Of a stretch of DNA of 41,575 nucleotides, positions 7,858 to 17,690 are shown piece by piece. The notes under the pieces are model-generated. The model searched no databases. It was given only the letters and a program-made list of their open reading frames with translations, and was not told the DNA's origin. The stretch is from an uncultured Streptococcus sp. Its GTDB lineage: Bacteria; Bacillota; Bacilli; Lactobacillales; Streptococcaceae. The stretch lies in assembly GCA_964590305.1 (NCBI GenBank), contig CAZPYI010000001.1:1-41575 (forward strand), given 5' to 3'. Within the stretch, counting starts at the first letter, position 1. The number at the start of each line of letters is the position of its first letter. The translations under genes and the position numbers were made by a program.

Positions 7858-8553
7858 ATGAGTGAATTAGTTAAACAAGATAATAATATTGCGCCATTTT
7901 TAAATATGATTGAGCGTGTAGCTTTAGATCCTAATGCAGATGTATTAAAGCTTGAAAAAATGATTGAGCTACAAGAACGTGTTATGGATCGTCAAGCAAA
8001 AGAACAGTTTGATAGCGCAATGCTTAGTTTTCAAGTTGAAAAGCCAATCTTAGAAAAAGCATCAAAAGGTCATAATTCAAAGTATGCAAAGCTTGAGTAT
8101 ATTCAGTCTGTAATTGAGCCCGTATTGCGTAAATTCGGTTTGTTTATTCGATGGAAAACAGAAGCGGTTATCGACAATAAAACTCGTGTAACTTGTATTT
8201 GTAGTCATATTGGTGGGCATAGTGAAACATCATCAATGGATGTGTTGCCAGACGCTGGAGGTAGTAAATCAGCTATTCAAGCAAATGGCTCGGCTATTAG
8301 TTATGCACAACGTTACACAATGCGCTCATTGCTTGGATTGGTAATTGCTGAAGATAATGATGGACAAACTAAAGCTACAATCACACCTGTTCAAGTTAAA
8401 ATTTTAGAGAAAAAATTAAACTTCTTAGGCGGTGATACTAAAGAGAAAATGATTGCTCATATTGGTTGTGAATTGCATGAAATTGAAAAAGGTGCATTTG
8501 AGTACTGGTGCAATGCTTTAGATTCTAAAGTTGCTAAAAAGGATGCTGAATAA
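7858..8553 (+). CDS. ERF-family single-strand annealing recombinase
   Basis: KYAKLE...SHIGGHSE...QANGSAISYAQRYTMRSLLGL ERF signature. Confidence 0.9.
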   Translation: MSELVKQDNNIAPFLNMIERVALDPNADVLKLEKMIELQERVMDRQAKEQFDSAMLSFQVEKPILEKASKGHNSKYAKLEYIQSVIEPVLRKFGLFIRWKTEAVIDNKTRVTCICSHIGGHSETSSMDVLPDAGGSKSAIQANGSAISYAQRYTMRSLLGLVIAEDNDGQTKATITPVQVKILEKKLNFLGGDTKEKMIAHIGCELHEIEKGAFEYWCNALDSKVAKKDAE

Positions 8554-9185
8554 TGGAAATAATACATGATATTGAACAAGGTTCACCAGAATGGATGAAT
8601 CTACGTTTAGGTATTATTACATGCTCTGAAATGTCTGCTATACGATCAGATGGTGCTGGGGCTTATACTTATATTAATGGTTTGGCTTTTGAACGATTAA
8701 CAGGTGAATCATCTTCTATATTTGAGGGTAACGAGTGGACTAAGCGTGGTCATGAATTAGAGCCTGTTGCTCGTCAGATGTATGAAAATAAAACACATCA
8801 ATCAGTATACATGATTACCTTTGTTAAAAATAAAGGGTTTGGTTATTCTCCAGATGGATTGATTTTGCAATCAACAACAGCTCCAGAAGATACGCATAGA
8901 TTTTGTGGCGGGATTGAGATTAAAGTTAAACAGCCAGCAGAGCAAATGCATATTTTAAGAAGTGGGGAGATACCAAAAAAGCATCTTGATCAATTGCATG
9001 GCGGCTTATCTTGTGCTGAATTAGATTGGATAGATTTTGTTAGCTATTGCCCTAGCTTGCCACTATTCATAAAGCGTATTTATGCTAAGGACTGCAAAGA
9101 TCAAATAGAGAAAATTGAATCATTGGTTGTTAAATACAATCAAATGATTGATGAGGCTGTTAATCAAATTGCAGATATGTATTAA
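8553..9185 (+). CDS. YqaJ/lambda-exonuclease family nuclease
   Basis: EQGSPEW..LRLG.IT.SE, RGHELEP.AR, SPDGL, EIK motifs. Confidence 0.92.
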   Translation: MEIIHDIEQGSPEWMNLRLGIITCSEMSAIRSDGAGAYTYINGLAFERLTGESSSIFEGNEWTKRGHELEPVARQMYENKTHQSVYMITFVKNKGFGYSPDGLILQSTTAPEDTHRFCGGIEIKVKQPAEQMHILRSGEIPKKHLDQLHGGLSCAELDWIDFVSYCPSLPLFIKRIYAKDCKDQIEKIESLVVKYNQMIDEAVNQIADMY

Positions 9186-9204
9186 GGAATTAGGAGTTTA
9201 AGAG

Positions 9205-9480
9205 ATGAGCGAATTTGAAAAATCAATGTGCATAATTTCGAGTGACAATGTTTTAATTAACGGTGATGTTGCTTTCACAAAATACAAAATGAATGATCCA
9301 CGAAACAATTTCACTAAAGTTTTTTATGGTAGAAATGTTGAAAACATAGTTACAGAAAACACTTTTTATTCATGTATTATGCCAAGTATTAAAAATTTCA
9401 AATTATGGGTTTTATGGGTATGGCATATGAAAATACTTAAAAAAGATGCAGTATACTTAACAGGAGTTTTAAGAAAATGA
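9205..9480 (+). CDS. Hypothetical protein
   Basis: 91 aa; AGGAG RBS. Confidence 0.65.
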   Translation: MSEFEKSMCIISSDNVLINGDVAFTKYKMNDPRNNFTKVFYGRNVENIVTENTFYSCIMPSIKNFKLWVLWVWHMKILKKDAVYLTGVLRK

Positions 9481-9647
9481 ACCTAGACCAAATTAAGGCT
9501 AATGCGCCAGAGGGTGCGACACACTATTCAGAAACACCAATGGAGTATATTTTCCTAAAGAAATATAAAGGAATGTGGCAATGCTATGTTTTTGGAGAGT
9601 GGCTAGATTATTATCAAGAAGATGATGAGGAAATAGAACCCCTTTAA
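9477..9647 (+). CDS. Small PxGATHY-family protein (not in ORF track)
   Basis: 56 aa MNLDQIKANAPEGATHYSETP...EIEPL; AGGAG RBS; ATGA overlap. Confidence 0.75.
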   Translation: MNLDQIKANAPEGATHYSETPMEYIFLKKYKGMWQCYVFGEWLDYYQEDDEEIEPL

Positions 9648-10096
9648 TCTGGGGTTCTTGTTAATTTATCTAGTTCTGCATCGACTTTTGAAGTGTATTG
9701 TCCCAAGTCGATGTATTCTTTTCTACATTCGTTAAAGAGAAGCGTTCCTGTTTTGGCGTAAGCCTCAAGGGTTTCTCTAGCAACTGTGTGCAAGTTGGCG
9801 TTATAGGTTGTAACTTTTTTCTGCATCCTGTTGCTAGTAGACACAAGATTAGCGTACTTATCATTAATGTTATTGACTTCATTTGCGTATTTCTCCGCAT
9901 CTAATTGGCGTTGGCGGTTGTAGGTAGCAACTGCGTTAGCTTCTCTAGTTTCACTTTCAGCAATTAGTTTTTCATGGATTAACTTTGTTTCAAGGGCATT
10001 GTGTTTAGCGCTTTGGTACTTCAGTAATAAAGTACCAAATGCAAATACAAGACCTATAATTAAAAGCTCTCTCCACCATTTAAGAATGTAGATCAT
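9644..10096 (-). CDS. Inner-membrane spanin (Rz-like)
   Basis: Follows the endolysin; single N-terminal TM helix then coiled coil; contains an embedded lipoprotein gene. Confidence 0.75.
   Translation of the reverse strand: MIYILKWWRELLIIGLVFAFGTLLLKYQSAKHNALETKLIHEKLIAESETREANAVATYNRQRQLDAEKYANEVNNINDKYANLVSTSNRMQKKVTTYNANLHTVARETLEAYAKTGTLLFNECRKEYIDLGQYTSKVDAELDKLTRTPD
9670..9882 (-). CDS. Outer-membrane spanin lipoprotein (Rz1-like), embedded in another frame
   Basis: MKSITLMISTLILCLLATG-C lipobox; GGAG RBS upstream of ATG 9882; Pro-containing mature part. Confidence 0.75.
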   Translation of the reverse strand: MKSITLMISTLILCLLATGCRKKLQPITPTCTQLLEKPLRLTPKQERFSLTNVEKNTSTWDNTLQKSMQN

Positions 10097-10533
10097 TTTA
10101 GAAATAGATTCCTTTCGGCTTCACGTCTGCGAACCAATCCAGTCAAAACCCTACCACCTGCCTTATTCCAAACAAGGAATTGATCAGCAGCACCTTTGTA
10201 GTCTTTTGAATTCAATTTACGCAATAAGGTGGATTTAGATAAATTAGTTTCACCAAGATTGTAAGTAAAAGAAGATAGGGCATCGAATTGATTTTGATTA
10301 ATCGGAACTTTAACCAAACGGTTAATTGCACTTTCAAATTTAACCAAATCGTTTTTTAGATATGATTCAGCTTGTGTATCGGTACAAGTGTCGCCTTTTT
10401 TTACTCGAACACCATTAGGGTATTTGATTGTTCCGTATCCAATAGTCCACACTCCAACGCCATCATCATAAGCAGATAAACGCTTACCCTCAAAACCTTT
10501 AATTAGGTTGATACCTGTTTGGCTTGTATTCAT
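10093..10533 (-). CDS. Endolysin, GH24 lysozyme
   Basis: FEG..LSAYDDGVGVWTIGYGT (E-D-T triad), QNQFDAL.SF.YN.G, GLVRRR.AE. Confidence 0.95.
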   Translation of the reverse strand: MNTSQTGINLIKGFEGKRLSAYDDGVGVWTIGYGTIKYPNGVRVKKGDTCTDTQAESYLKNDLVKFESAINRLVKVPINQNQFDALSSFTYNLGETNLSKSTLLRKLNSKDYKGAADQFLVWNKAGGRVLTGLVRRREAERNLFLK

Positions 10534-10868
10534 TGTTTACCACCTTTCTGAGCCTTAATAAAAGCTCTCCAAATTGCTATAAAGAAATCCATTGCACCAC
10601 CACCAAGCCAACCAGTTACACCAACTAGGAAATACATGAAAGGGCTGGATTCATTTGTTTGAGCAACAAATGTATACAGGAAGTACATAAGCAAGCCAGC
10701 GAAACCACTGACCACACCATTAATCATCATCGTAAAAAATCTTTTATAAAGAGGCATAGTTTTACCATCCTTACGCTGCTCATCAATGCTTGCTACTATA
10801 CCACCAAGAAAAGCAAGCAATATAACGTAAATTAGTAACGGAACTTCTTTCCAGTTGATGAAATCCAA
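10530..10868 (-). CDS. Holin
   Basis: Three hydrophobic helices, basic C-terminus, directly upstream of the endolysin; TTG start with AGGTG RBS. Confidence 0.8.
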   Translation of the reverse strand: MDFINWKEVPLLIYVILLAFLGGIVASIDEQRKDGKTMPLYKRFFTMMINGVVSGFAGLLMYFLYTFVAQTNESSPFMYFLVGVTGWLGGGAMDFFIAIWRAFIKAQKGGKQ

Positions 10869-10920
10869 TTTAAATCACCTATATCAGTTTTACAAATAAT
10901 AACACCTTTTAGGGAAAAGT

Positions 10921-10940
10921 AAAAAAGCCCCGAAGGGCTT
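10921..10940 (-). terminator. Intrinsic terminator with UUCG loop
   Basis: AAGCCC-TTCG-GGGCTT-TTTT after the tailspike gene. Confidence 0.9.
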
Positions 10941-10943
10941 ATT

Positions 10944-12935
10944 CTATGAAATTGTAATTGGCGCTGAAGTTCTAACAACTCCATCACTCCCTTTAAATCG
11001 AATAACTACCTGAGTGTTTGTTAAAGGTGCAATAACAAGCTCACCATTATTAACTGGCATTAGGGTTGAATTGTTCCTAAATGTACAACCTTTAGTCTCA
11101 ACTCGCAAATGCTCATTAACATCATCCATTCTGAAGCCAATTGAAACCGTACTATCAGATGGCTTGATATTTGCAATAACAGAGCCTTTTTGAGCGCCAT
11201 TTAACCAATAATTATCTTTATGAACAATGCCAGCCGAGGTCGAGTCGTAAGCCGTGGCTTTCATGTCTTTAGCGACTATTACGTTGAATTGCTGGTTATA
11301 GGTGTACTTGTCAGGCGGGGCTGAAAAATACTGAACATTTTTTGATGTTGAGGTGCTATTCACCGCCGTAACTAGCCCGTCATAGTACCCTTGAGCATAT
11401 TCAACTGCGGTTAATGTGCAGGCCGTTCCAGTTACAATGTAGTTACTTACGTTGCGCAACAATACAACATCAGTGGTTTCAACATTCTGAATGATTACAT
11501 TTTTGTATATCATTGATGTATTGCTAACTTCATTTGGTGTAATTGTAATGGCGCTGTTGTCTTGTGAGTTTAGAACCCCTTTGTTGTACTGGCCACCAAT
11601 AACTTGTATATCGTGGTTAACAGCAGTTGCACCAGCGTAAGCCAAGAATAATAGACCACCTTTAGCGTTATCAATACCAGTACAATTTATAAATCTAATA
11701 GTATTCGATGTTGTTGTTGGATCGTATTCCTCTAAATCCCAACCATTTCCATAATAATAATCCATACCTACTGGTTTATCGCCTTGCGTACCAAGTGTTA
11801 TAGGGTCGTTTTTGTGTCCAGCTAAATATCTACCGTTATTATCCAAGTGGGTATTTATAACATATAGTCCATCCGTTCTATCACTCGATCCACCGTGCCT
11901 TCTGTTCCAGCTTATATCGCAATCAATAACCCAGAAATCTTGAACAGATGAAACAAAACCACCACCATAAAGATCTGGGAATATCATAATTCCATCTGAG
12001 GCGCACATTGTAATTTTTGAATTGGTAATCTTGAAATCTCGAACTGGTCTGCGAATTCGAATACCGTGTCTACCACCATCTTCAGCAGCAGTTTGAACCT
12101 TGATTCCTGTTGCTAGTTCTCGTTTTCCGTTAATGGTTATGTTGTTAAATCTACAACCAATCAGCCAGTCTCGACCTGTTGTTGTGCTTAAAACAGAGAT
12201 TAAATCAGTGTCATGTTTGTTTTGAACTAATGTTGCATTCTCAAAACTACAGTAAGAATCAAAGATAACGTTGTTACATGCATAAGACAGTCCATTTCCT
12301 GATACGGTTCGGCGGTACATCGACGACCACGTAGCAGCAAGTCCAATGCTAACGCTATCATCCGCAACTCCATCACCTTTAGCGCCAAAATCAAGAAAAC
12401 TCATTGTCTTATTTTTAACAAGATCATTAACTTGTTGTTGGGTTTTTCCATCACTATTAATGACATTGGTTGCACTTGTTTCTTTTGAGCTTTTCCAGCC
12501 AGTCATATTAGTATTTGGATTGTTTGCATTTCCAGCAATGGTATTCTTAACTATATCACCATTATCTAGCATTATTCTAGCATTTACAGGGTATGATTCA
12601 CCGGGCTTGTAGTACTCCAAAATGTATGGTTTTGACTTGTTAAAAGGAACCCATCCCTCACTTATTTTTTGTTGAAACTCGCCATCCTTTAGAACCACAA
12701 CACCATCAGGATAATCAATGGATGCATCATAAGGCAGTACAGCATTTTCATTGAGCCACAAAATTTTAAGGTCGGTATCTTGCTGAACCTTGTTCATTTG
12801 TGGGATTTTAGGGCGACCATTATTTTTTCTTGATACATCCCAACCTTTAGTTTTATCACCAAAAACAGGTGGCTTATCAATAGCTGGCGCATTTGATGCA
12901 AATATTACTTTTGGATCAATTCTTTGTGTTGGCAT
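10944..12935 (-). CDS. Tailspike / capsular polysaccharide depolymerase
   Basis: N-terminal virion anchor; YPVNARIMLDNGDIVK..NNPN.NMTGW linker; DFGAKGDGVADDS beta-helix cap; Asn/Gly-rich beta-helix; start taken at MPTQ. Confidence 0.88.
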   Translation of the reverse strand: MPTQRIDPKVIFASNAPAIDKPPVFGDKTKGWDVSRKNNGRPKIPQMNKVQQDTDLKILWLNENAVLPYDASIDYPDGVVVLKDGEFQQKISEGWVPFNKSKPYILEYYKPGESYPVNARIMLDNGDIVKNTIAGNANNPNTNMTGWKSSKETSATNVINSDGKTQQQVNDLVKNKTMSFLDFGAKGDGVADDSVSIGLAATWSSMYRRTVSGNGLSYACNNVIFDSYCSFENATLVQNKHDTDLISVLSTTTGRDWLIGCRFNNITINGKRELATGIKVQTAAEDGGRHGIRIRRPVRDFKITNSKITMCASDGIMIFPDLYGGGFVSSVQDFWVIDCDISWNRRHGGSSDRTDGLYVINTHLDNNGRYLAGHKNDPITLGTQGDKPVGMDYYYGNGWDLEEYDPTTTSNTIRFINCTGIDNAKGGLLFLAYAGATAVNHDIQVIGGQYNKGVLNSQDNSAITITPNEVSNTSMIYKNVIIQNVETTDVVLLRNVSNYIVTGTACTLTAVEYAQGYYDGLVTAVNSTSTSKNVQYFSAPPDKYTYNQQFNVIVAKDMKATAYDSTSAGIVHKDNYWLNGAQKGSVIANIKPSDSTVSIGFRMDDVNEHLRVETKGCTFRNNSTLMPVNNGELVIAPLTNTQVVIRFKGSDGVVRTSAPITIS

Positions 12936-13756
12936 TATAAAACCTCTACCCATCTTGTGATTGGATTGTTAAAAGAGTTTGCTTGATATGATGAATAAGC
13001 AGGAACAATAAGGGTTATTAATTGCCAGCCATTAGAACCTCCAGATAAATCAGTAAGATTGGCGACTAAAAATCCATTTATATATGCCATAAACGGACTA
13101 GAACTTCCAGAATCTCTAACACTTATGTATACAGTTATTCCTTTTGGTGAATTGTTCTGGTATGTCACTCCAGATGATCGAGACGATGTGACATCAACTG
13201 GACTTTGGTTTACACAAAAATCTGTACTTTGTGCAATTGCGGCGGCATTCGATGGCGTAACCGAGGCGCTTACATTGCTTTTATTTGCAACCTCTGTAGT
13301 AGTTGCAAATCTAGCAACGCCTTTAACAGTTGTGGTTGCATCATTTACTTTTAGTGTAAACGCCCCTTCAATGTCTGTATTTTTTAAGATATTTCCATTA
13401 GCATCAACAGAGATATTTGAAGCATTAGTCCATAATTCCCAATCACTTTGTGACTCAGATGGTTTTCGATTTGTGTTGTTTACTTTGGCTTGGTATAGCT
13501 TCCGACCCTCAACAACAAAACCACCCTGAATGTACTCAATATCATTAACCCATCCAAGTAAACCATTTTGCCTTACAGAAAGTAGCGCCTTAGTGATCTT
13601 ATTGAAAAGACCATTCAAGCCTTTCATTTCTGGTTTTCCATCAGTTTGAACAAATGCAATACCTAAACCGCGATTTTCATCTGGGAATGGTTGTATCTCA
13701 CTTGAATTAGCGCCATTTGCAAACGGCTTTTTAAAATTAAAATCATAAACTGTCAT
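12935..13756 (-). CDS. Tail fibre / baseplate-attached fibre protein
   Basis: ATTTVKGVARFATTTE fibre motif; C-terminal DVTSSRSSGVTYQN...IVP..SSY domain. Confidence 0.8.
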   Translation of the reverse strand: MTVYDFNFKKPFANGANSSEIQPFPDENRGLGIAFVQTDGKPEMKGLNGLFNKITKALLSVRQNGLLGWVNDIEYIQGGFVVEGRKLYQAKVNNTNRKPSESQSDWELWTNASNISVDANGNILKNTDIEGAFTLKVNDATTTVKGVARFATTTEVANKSNVSASVTPSNAAAIAQSTDFCVNQSPVDVTSSRSSGVTYQNNSPKGITVYISVRDSGSSSPFMAYINGFLVANLTDLSGGSNGWQLITLIVPAYSSYQANSFNNPITRWVEVL

Positions 13757-14391
13757 GAGTCAATGAACCTCCCAATATCAAAACCATAATTGTTGTCAAA
13801 TTCTTCACCATCAAATCCGAAATATTTAGTACTTGCTTGCTCATAAGTATACATCACACCCACAGGCCTTGGCAGTATATCAAGGTTCTCAATAGCAAAT
13901 TTTACAAAGCTATTTAAGTCAATTTCACTTCCATAGAATATTTTCATAGTCATGTCATTATTATCAATAACAAATCCATCTTGCCCTGTGAGATCTTGCA
14001 AAGCATCCGTTATATAATCTAGTGATGGATTTTGGTATATCTTCCAGATTCTAGCTTTAATTAGAAATCTAAACTCACTATCTTCAAGTAAAATAGTTTC
14101 CCTAAATGCCTCACCATCAATATACCATCTACCCTTACCCCATCCTAATCCGCCAGTTTTTTCATAATATGTGAAATACTCTTTTTCGGTCATTGAAACA
14201 GAAGTTCGACTTACTCCAAATATTCTACCAAGAACATCTAGTGAATATTTTTCTGCCTTGTCGATATCCCACATATCAATAAATTCTAGGCAATCATCCA
14301 TGAAATCAGTCCAAAATTTAGACTTCATGTCGATTTCAGCTATTGCTTTGGGTAGCTTATATTGCCAAATAATTAAGTCACTATACTTCAT
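13753..14391 (-). CDS. Baseplate wedge protein (DUF2612-like)
   Basis: LIIWQY..PKA, LDVLGRIFGVSR, DNNDMTM, LPRPVGV. Confidence 0.85.
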   Translation of the reverse strand: MKYSDLIIWQYKLPKAIAEIDMKSKFWTDFMDDCLEFIDMWDIDKAEKYSLDVLGRIFGVSRTSVSMTEKEYFTYYEKTGGLGWGKGRWYIDGEAFRETILLEDSEFRFLIKARIWKIYQNPSLDYITDALQDLTGQDGFVIDNNDMTMKIFYGSEIDLNSFVKFAIENLDILPRPVGVMYTYEQASTKYFGFDGEEFDNNYGFDIGRFIDS

Positions 14392-15515
14392 ACAATGTTC
14401 ACCGTGATGTTATAGCGTGGTATATTTGCCTTTTCACGAACACCAACAACCACAGATTCACCACCATCCACAGTGATTGACTTAACATAGAATGTCCCAT
14501 CATTCTGTATACAATAAAGACGACCAGCTAAAGCGCTTTCACCTATTTTAAAATCCTTAGATGAAACTTGATCCTTAATTTTGTCAACATCAATATCAAC
14601 ACCAGAGCGAACACGAACTACATTAACAACAACAACTATATCTTTAATTGTTGGTCTGTCAAAATTAATAGTTCTATTTCTTCCACGATAATTAGTTAAT
14701 ACAAAACTCTCTGATCCAAATGTTCCACAACCACCACCTATGATTTTCTTTTGAATGGTTGTTGCAATATCCTCATCTGTTCCACCAAGAACAATTGCAT
14801 TTATTGAGTGCGCTGGAACATCATCACCATCAGTTACATTGGTATTATTTTCCAATACAACAGCATCAAAAACACCATCAAGATCAAGTAATGAACCCTC
14901 AATTCCTTCGCGGTCATGTGTATTGTTAATTGCTAACTTTCTTTCACGATCCATCATTAATGACGCGGTTGATTGTCCTAGTTTTCCAGAAATAATACCT
15001 TTGGTGGTTGTGACCAGTTTCATGCCAGCAACAATCTGGACTGGTTCGAGAAAAGCATCAACAGGAAGCGGAACAACACCGTAAAACTCTGATCTTAAGT
15101 TTACATAGTTGTCACCAGTAAGCAGTGAGGTTGCATCATCAAGAATCCAATTATTTCCTGAATTGGTGAATACAGCACCAGCAGCAATATTAATATTTCG
15201 ATCTACTGTAATTTTAACATCTGGTGAAATCGTATACTTTCCAGCAGCTCGTTTAATTCCTGTCAGCTTCGCAATAATATCTGCATACTTACCTACAGCA
15301 TATTGCGGATCGTGCATTTGAATTGCATAAATTAATGTATCATAAGCATCTTTGCGAGCTTGTGCTTCAATACCGATACGCTGACCATCTGGTGTGTTTG
15401 GAGTGATTACGATATCTTGTCCATAAATATCTTTATAGCCTTCTGATAAATCCTCAATAACATCATCTAGGCTTGGTACTGATACACCTTTATCATTAAT
15501 TGTTAACATTTGCAT
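14388..15515 (-). CDS. Baseplate J/gp47-like protein
   Basis: IYGQDI...TPDGQ.IG, ENNTN..D...VPAHSI.AIV.GG, INFDRP. Confidence 0.88.
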   Translation of the reverse strand: MQMLTINDKGVSVPSLDDVIEDLSEGYKDIYGQDIVITPNTPDGQRIGIEAQARKDAYDTLIYAIQMHDPQYAVGKYADIIAKLTGIKRAAGKYTISPDVKITVDRNINIAAGAVFTNSGNNWILDDATSLLTGDNYVNLRSEFYGVVPLPVDAFLEPVQIVAGMKLVTTTKGIISGKLGQSTASLMMDRERKLAINNTHDREGIEGSLLDLDGVFDAVVLENNTNVTDGDDVPAHSINAIVLGGTDEDIATTIQKKIIGGGCGTFGSESFVLTNYRGRNRTINFDRPTIKDIVVVVNVVRVRSGVDIDVDKIKDQVSSKDFKIGESALAGRLYCIQNDGTFYVKSITVDGGESVVVGVREKANIPRYNITVNIV

Positions 15516-15855
15516 TCACCGAATTTCTGCCATTATAAATATCAGTATATTCTATATTGATCGTTGCCTCTCGTCTCTCCATATTTAAATCAATAGACAT
15601 GTTATCAATACGGAAAACACCATCAACACCAAGTACAGCACTTTTTAGATCAGCCTCAAGCAATGCTAGATTCCTTGATCTTCCTAAATAGTTAACCCAA
15701 TCAACACCAGATTCAAGCGCAAGTAACCAATCTCCTCTCACTTCAAGAATAGCAGTCAAGACATTTTGCTTTACTGCTTCACTAAACTCTCTATAGTCAG
15801 ATTCATTAAATCCAAACTTCCAATCATGACTTTCATCAATTCCTCTAACTTTCAT
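15496..15855 (-). CDS. Baseplate wedge / sheath initiator protein
   Basis: VRGID..HDW.FG, GDW.L....GVDW; synteny between spike and J. Confidence 0.75.
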   Translation of the reverse strand: MKVRGIDESHDWKFGFNESDYREFSEAVKQNVLTAILEVRGDWLLALESGVDWVNYLGRSRNLALLEADLKSAVLGVDGVFRIDNMSIDLNMERREATINIEYTDIYNGRNSVNANVNN

Positions 15856-15864
15856 AATATCGCC

Positions 15865-16500
15865 CTATATCGGATCTGTTCGACTATTGCCACGCTCAAC
15901 ACCACCATGATCATGATTTCCAAGACCTTTACCCATAGAAGTAATTTGACCTGTAGCCTCTATTGTTTGAAGTGCTACAATAGGTGCATTAGCTGTGATT
16001 GGCGGCTGAATAACAAGTGATGTGCCTTTAAGTATTAATGATCCATCTGCATTGATTTGCAATCCAGCGCTATTGTCATCTCTACCAATAAACATTGCCC
16101 CATCAAGAATAGGGGATACATCCCCTAGATGATCAGCACCACCAATAAAGTAAGCATCAGATAGAGAATGAATACGATAATCCATAGGTGGCGCAGTCTT
16201 ACCACTCTCGAACCAACCATCAAGACAACGATCAGAGAATAAAACTAAACCGCTATCACCTTCAGAATACGGATGCACTGCATGAAATCCACCACCGCGA
16301 GTAAAAACACAAGGGCAATCAACTAAAGGAGGGTAGTTATCAAATGAATCATCATCTAAAACCATTTGCATACATATTTCGATGGTTGCGGTTTTTGTCG
16401 ATTTATCAAAAGAAATAATTTTTGCTGGCAATGATACTCGGGTATCAACCATAGCATTTCTTTTTGCTGACTCAAGCAGTTCTGTTTGTGTTGCATCCAT
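15865..16500 (-). CDS. Baseplate central spike (Gp138/gpV-like)
   Basis: LPAKIISFD, PPLVDCP, RIHSLSDA; C-terminal HDHGGV metal-binding tip. Confidence 0.88.
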   Translation of the reverse strand: MDATQTELLESAKRNAMVDTRVSLPAKIISFDKSTKTATIEICMQMVLDDDSFDNYPPLVDCPCVFTRGGGFHAVHPYSEGDSGLVLFSDRCLDGWFESGKTAPPMDYRIHSLSDAYFIGGADHLGDVSPILDGAMFIGRDDNSAGLQINADGSLILKGTSLVIQPPITANAPIVALQTIEATGQITSMGKGLGNHDHGGVERGNSRTDPI

Positions 16501-17363
16501 TATGATTTCTCTATGATCTGAAAATTACCACCAACTAAACTTTGTACTTGATGCCAGTCTTGACCTCTTGTACTTAGTCTAATTTCCAATGCAGTCACTT
16601 TATAATCTCCATTATAGTCATTAATTATGCTTTTAACACAAACTAAACTATTGATGTAAATTGATGTGTTTAGGAATGTTCTAACAGATAATCCGCCATC
16701 ACCTTGTTTCTGAGGTGATCCAACCATTCCAGTATCTTGAGATAATAAGAATCCGTATGAGTCAGGCAAAACTTTATTAGTTGGAACAAATACAAGCCGA
16801 CCATCTTGAATAGACCAGTCACAGCCGTTTCTATTTGCAATTATTGTTAGCTCATCCCGACTATTACCCATTAGAGTTTTACCTCTTGGTAATACACGAT
16901 CTTTAGGAAATTCCATTGCACCCTTTGTTATTTCGGGCATATCTTTAATTATTTCCTGAACAATTTGATTGTCAGTCATGCCTTTCTGAAGGGTTTTTTT
17001 AGAATAAGATTCGCTATATTGAACTGAACCATCACCGCATTCAAGGTTTGTCGTAGTAGTTGCGGATTCGGCAACACGAATATGCTCTGACTTGTCGATT
17101 GATCCAACAAAGATGGTTTTAAGTTCTTCACCGTACCAACCAACATCAAGCTTTACTAGATTAAATTCTTTTGATGAGATCCTATTGCGCACAGTTTCCG
17201 ATAGGTTATCTATCGAAATACTGCACGTATTTGGCTCTGACTTATTAGTTTTTTTGATATTAGCATTGATCGTTGGCGCTTGATCAAGCCTCTCATCATA
17301 AACTATCTGAATAGCTTGATTTCTGTTCCCAACCGTCAAAGTTAGAAGTCTGCCGAATTGCAT
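16500..17363 (-). CDS. Baseplate hub protein
   Basis: PNTC.ISI.NLS, ECGDG, LPRGK, WSIQDG, TGMVGSP; synteny. Confidence 0.8.
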   Translation of the reverse strand: MQFGRLLTLTVGNRNQAIQIVYDERLDQAPTINANIKKTNKSEPNTCSISIDNLSETVRNRISSKEFNLVKLDVGWYGEELKTIFVGSIDKSEHIRVAESATTTTNLECGDGSVQYSESYSKKTLQKGMTDNQIVQEIIKDMPEITKGAMEFPKDRVLPRGKTLMGNSRDELTIIANRNGCDWSIQDGRLVFVPTNKVLPDSYGFLLSQDTGMVGSPQKQGDGGLSVRTFLNTSIYINSLVCVKSIINDYNGDYKVTALEIRLSTRGQDWHQVQSLVGGNFQIIEKS

Positions 17364-17688
17364 ATTGATAAGCCTCTGCGCTCATTATACTGATACCTAG
17401 TCTATCACCCATTTCATCAATTGAAACTGTTTCAAAACCTAAGCCGATATTGTCAGTCATCATGATAACAAAAGGCAGATCACTATAATATAAGGATGCC
17501 ATTGCAATTGACAATCCCTCACCCTGAACAATATATTCACCAGCAATATTGTCATACAAGTCAAATGACCATGATAGGCCAACAGCATTCCACAGCAAGG
17601 TTAATTGTAAGTTGTAACCCATGAACTCAAAGTTCTGTACTTGGTTCGGGTAGTTGTTTACTGGGATTTCATAAGGATATAAGTCCAT
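17296..17688 (-). CDS. Baseplate plug-like protein (start revised to MDLYPY)
   Basis: YEIPV...PNQ, L.WN...WSFDL; ATG just after the upstream stop. Confidence 0.7.
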   Translation of the reverse strand: MDLYPYEIPVNNYPNQVQNFEFMGYNLQLTLLWNAVGLSWSFDLYDNIAGEYIVQGEGLSIAMASLYYSDLPFVIMMTDNIGLGFETVSIDEMGDRLGISIMSAEAYQYAIRQTSNFDGWEQKSSYSDSL

Positions 17689-17690
17689 AG

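Noticed and set aside
10944-13756. Diversity-generating retroelement or invertible tail-fibre cassette
   Set aside because: No reverse transcriptase, invertase, template/variable repeat pair or flanking inverted repeats found
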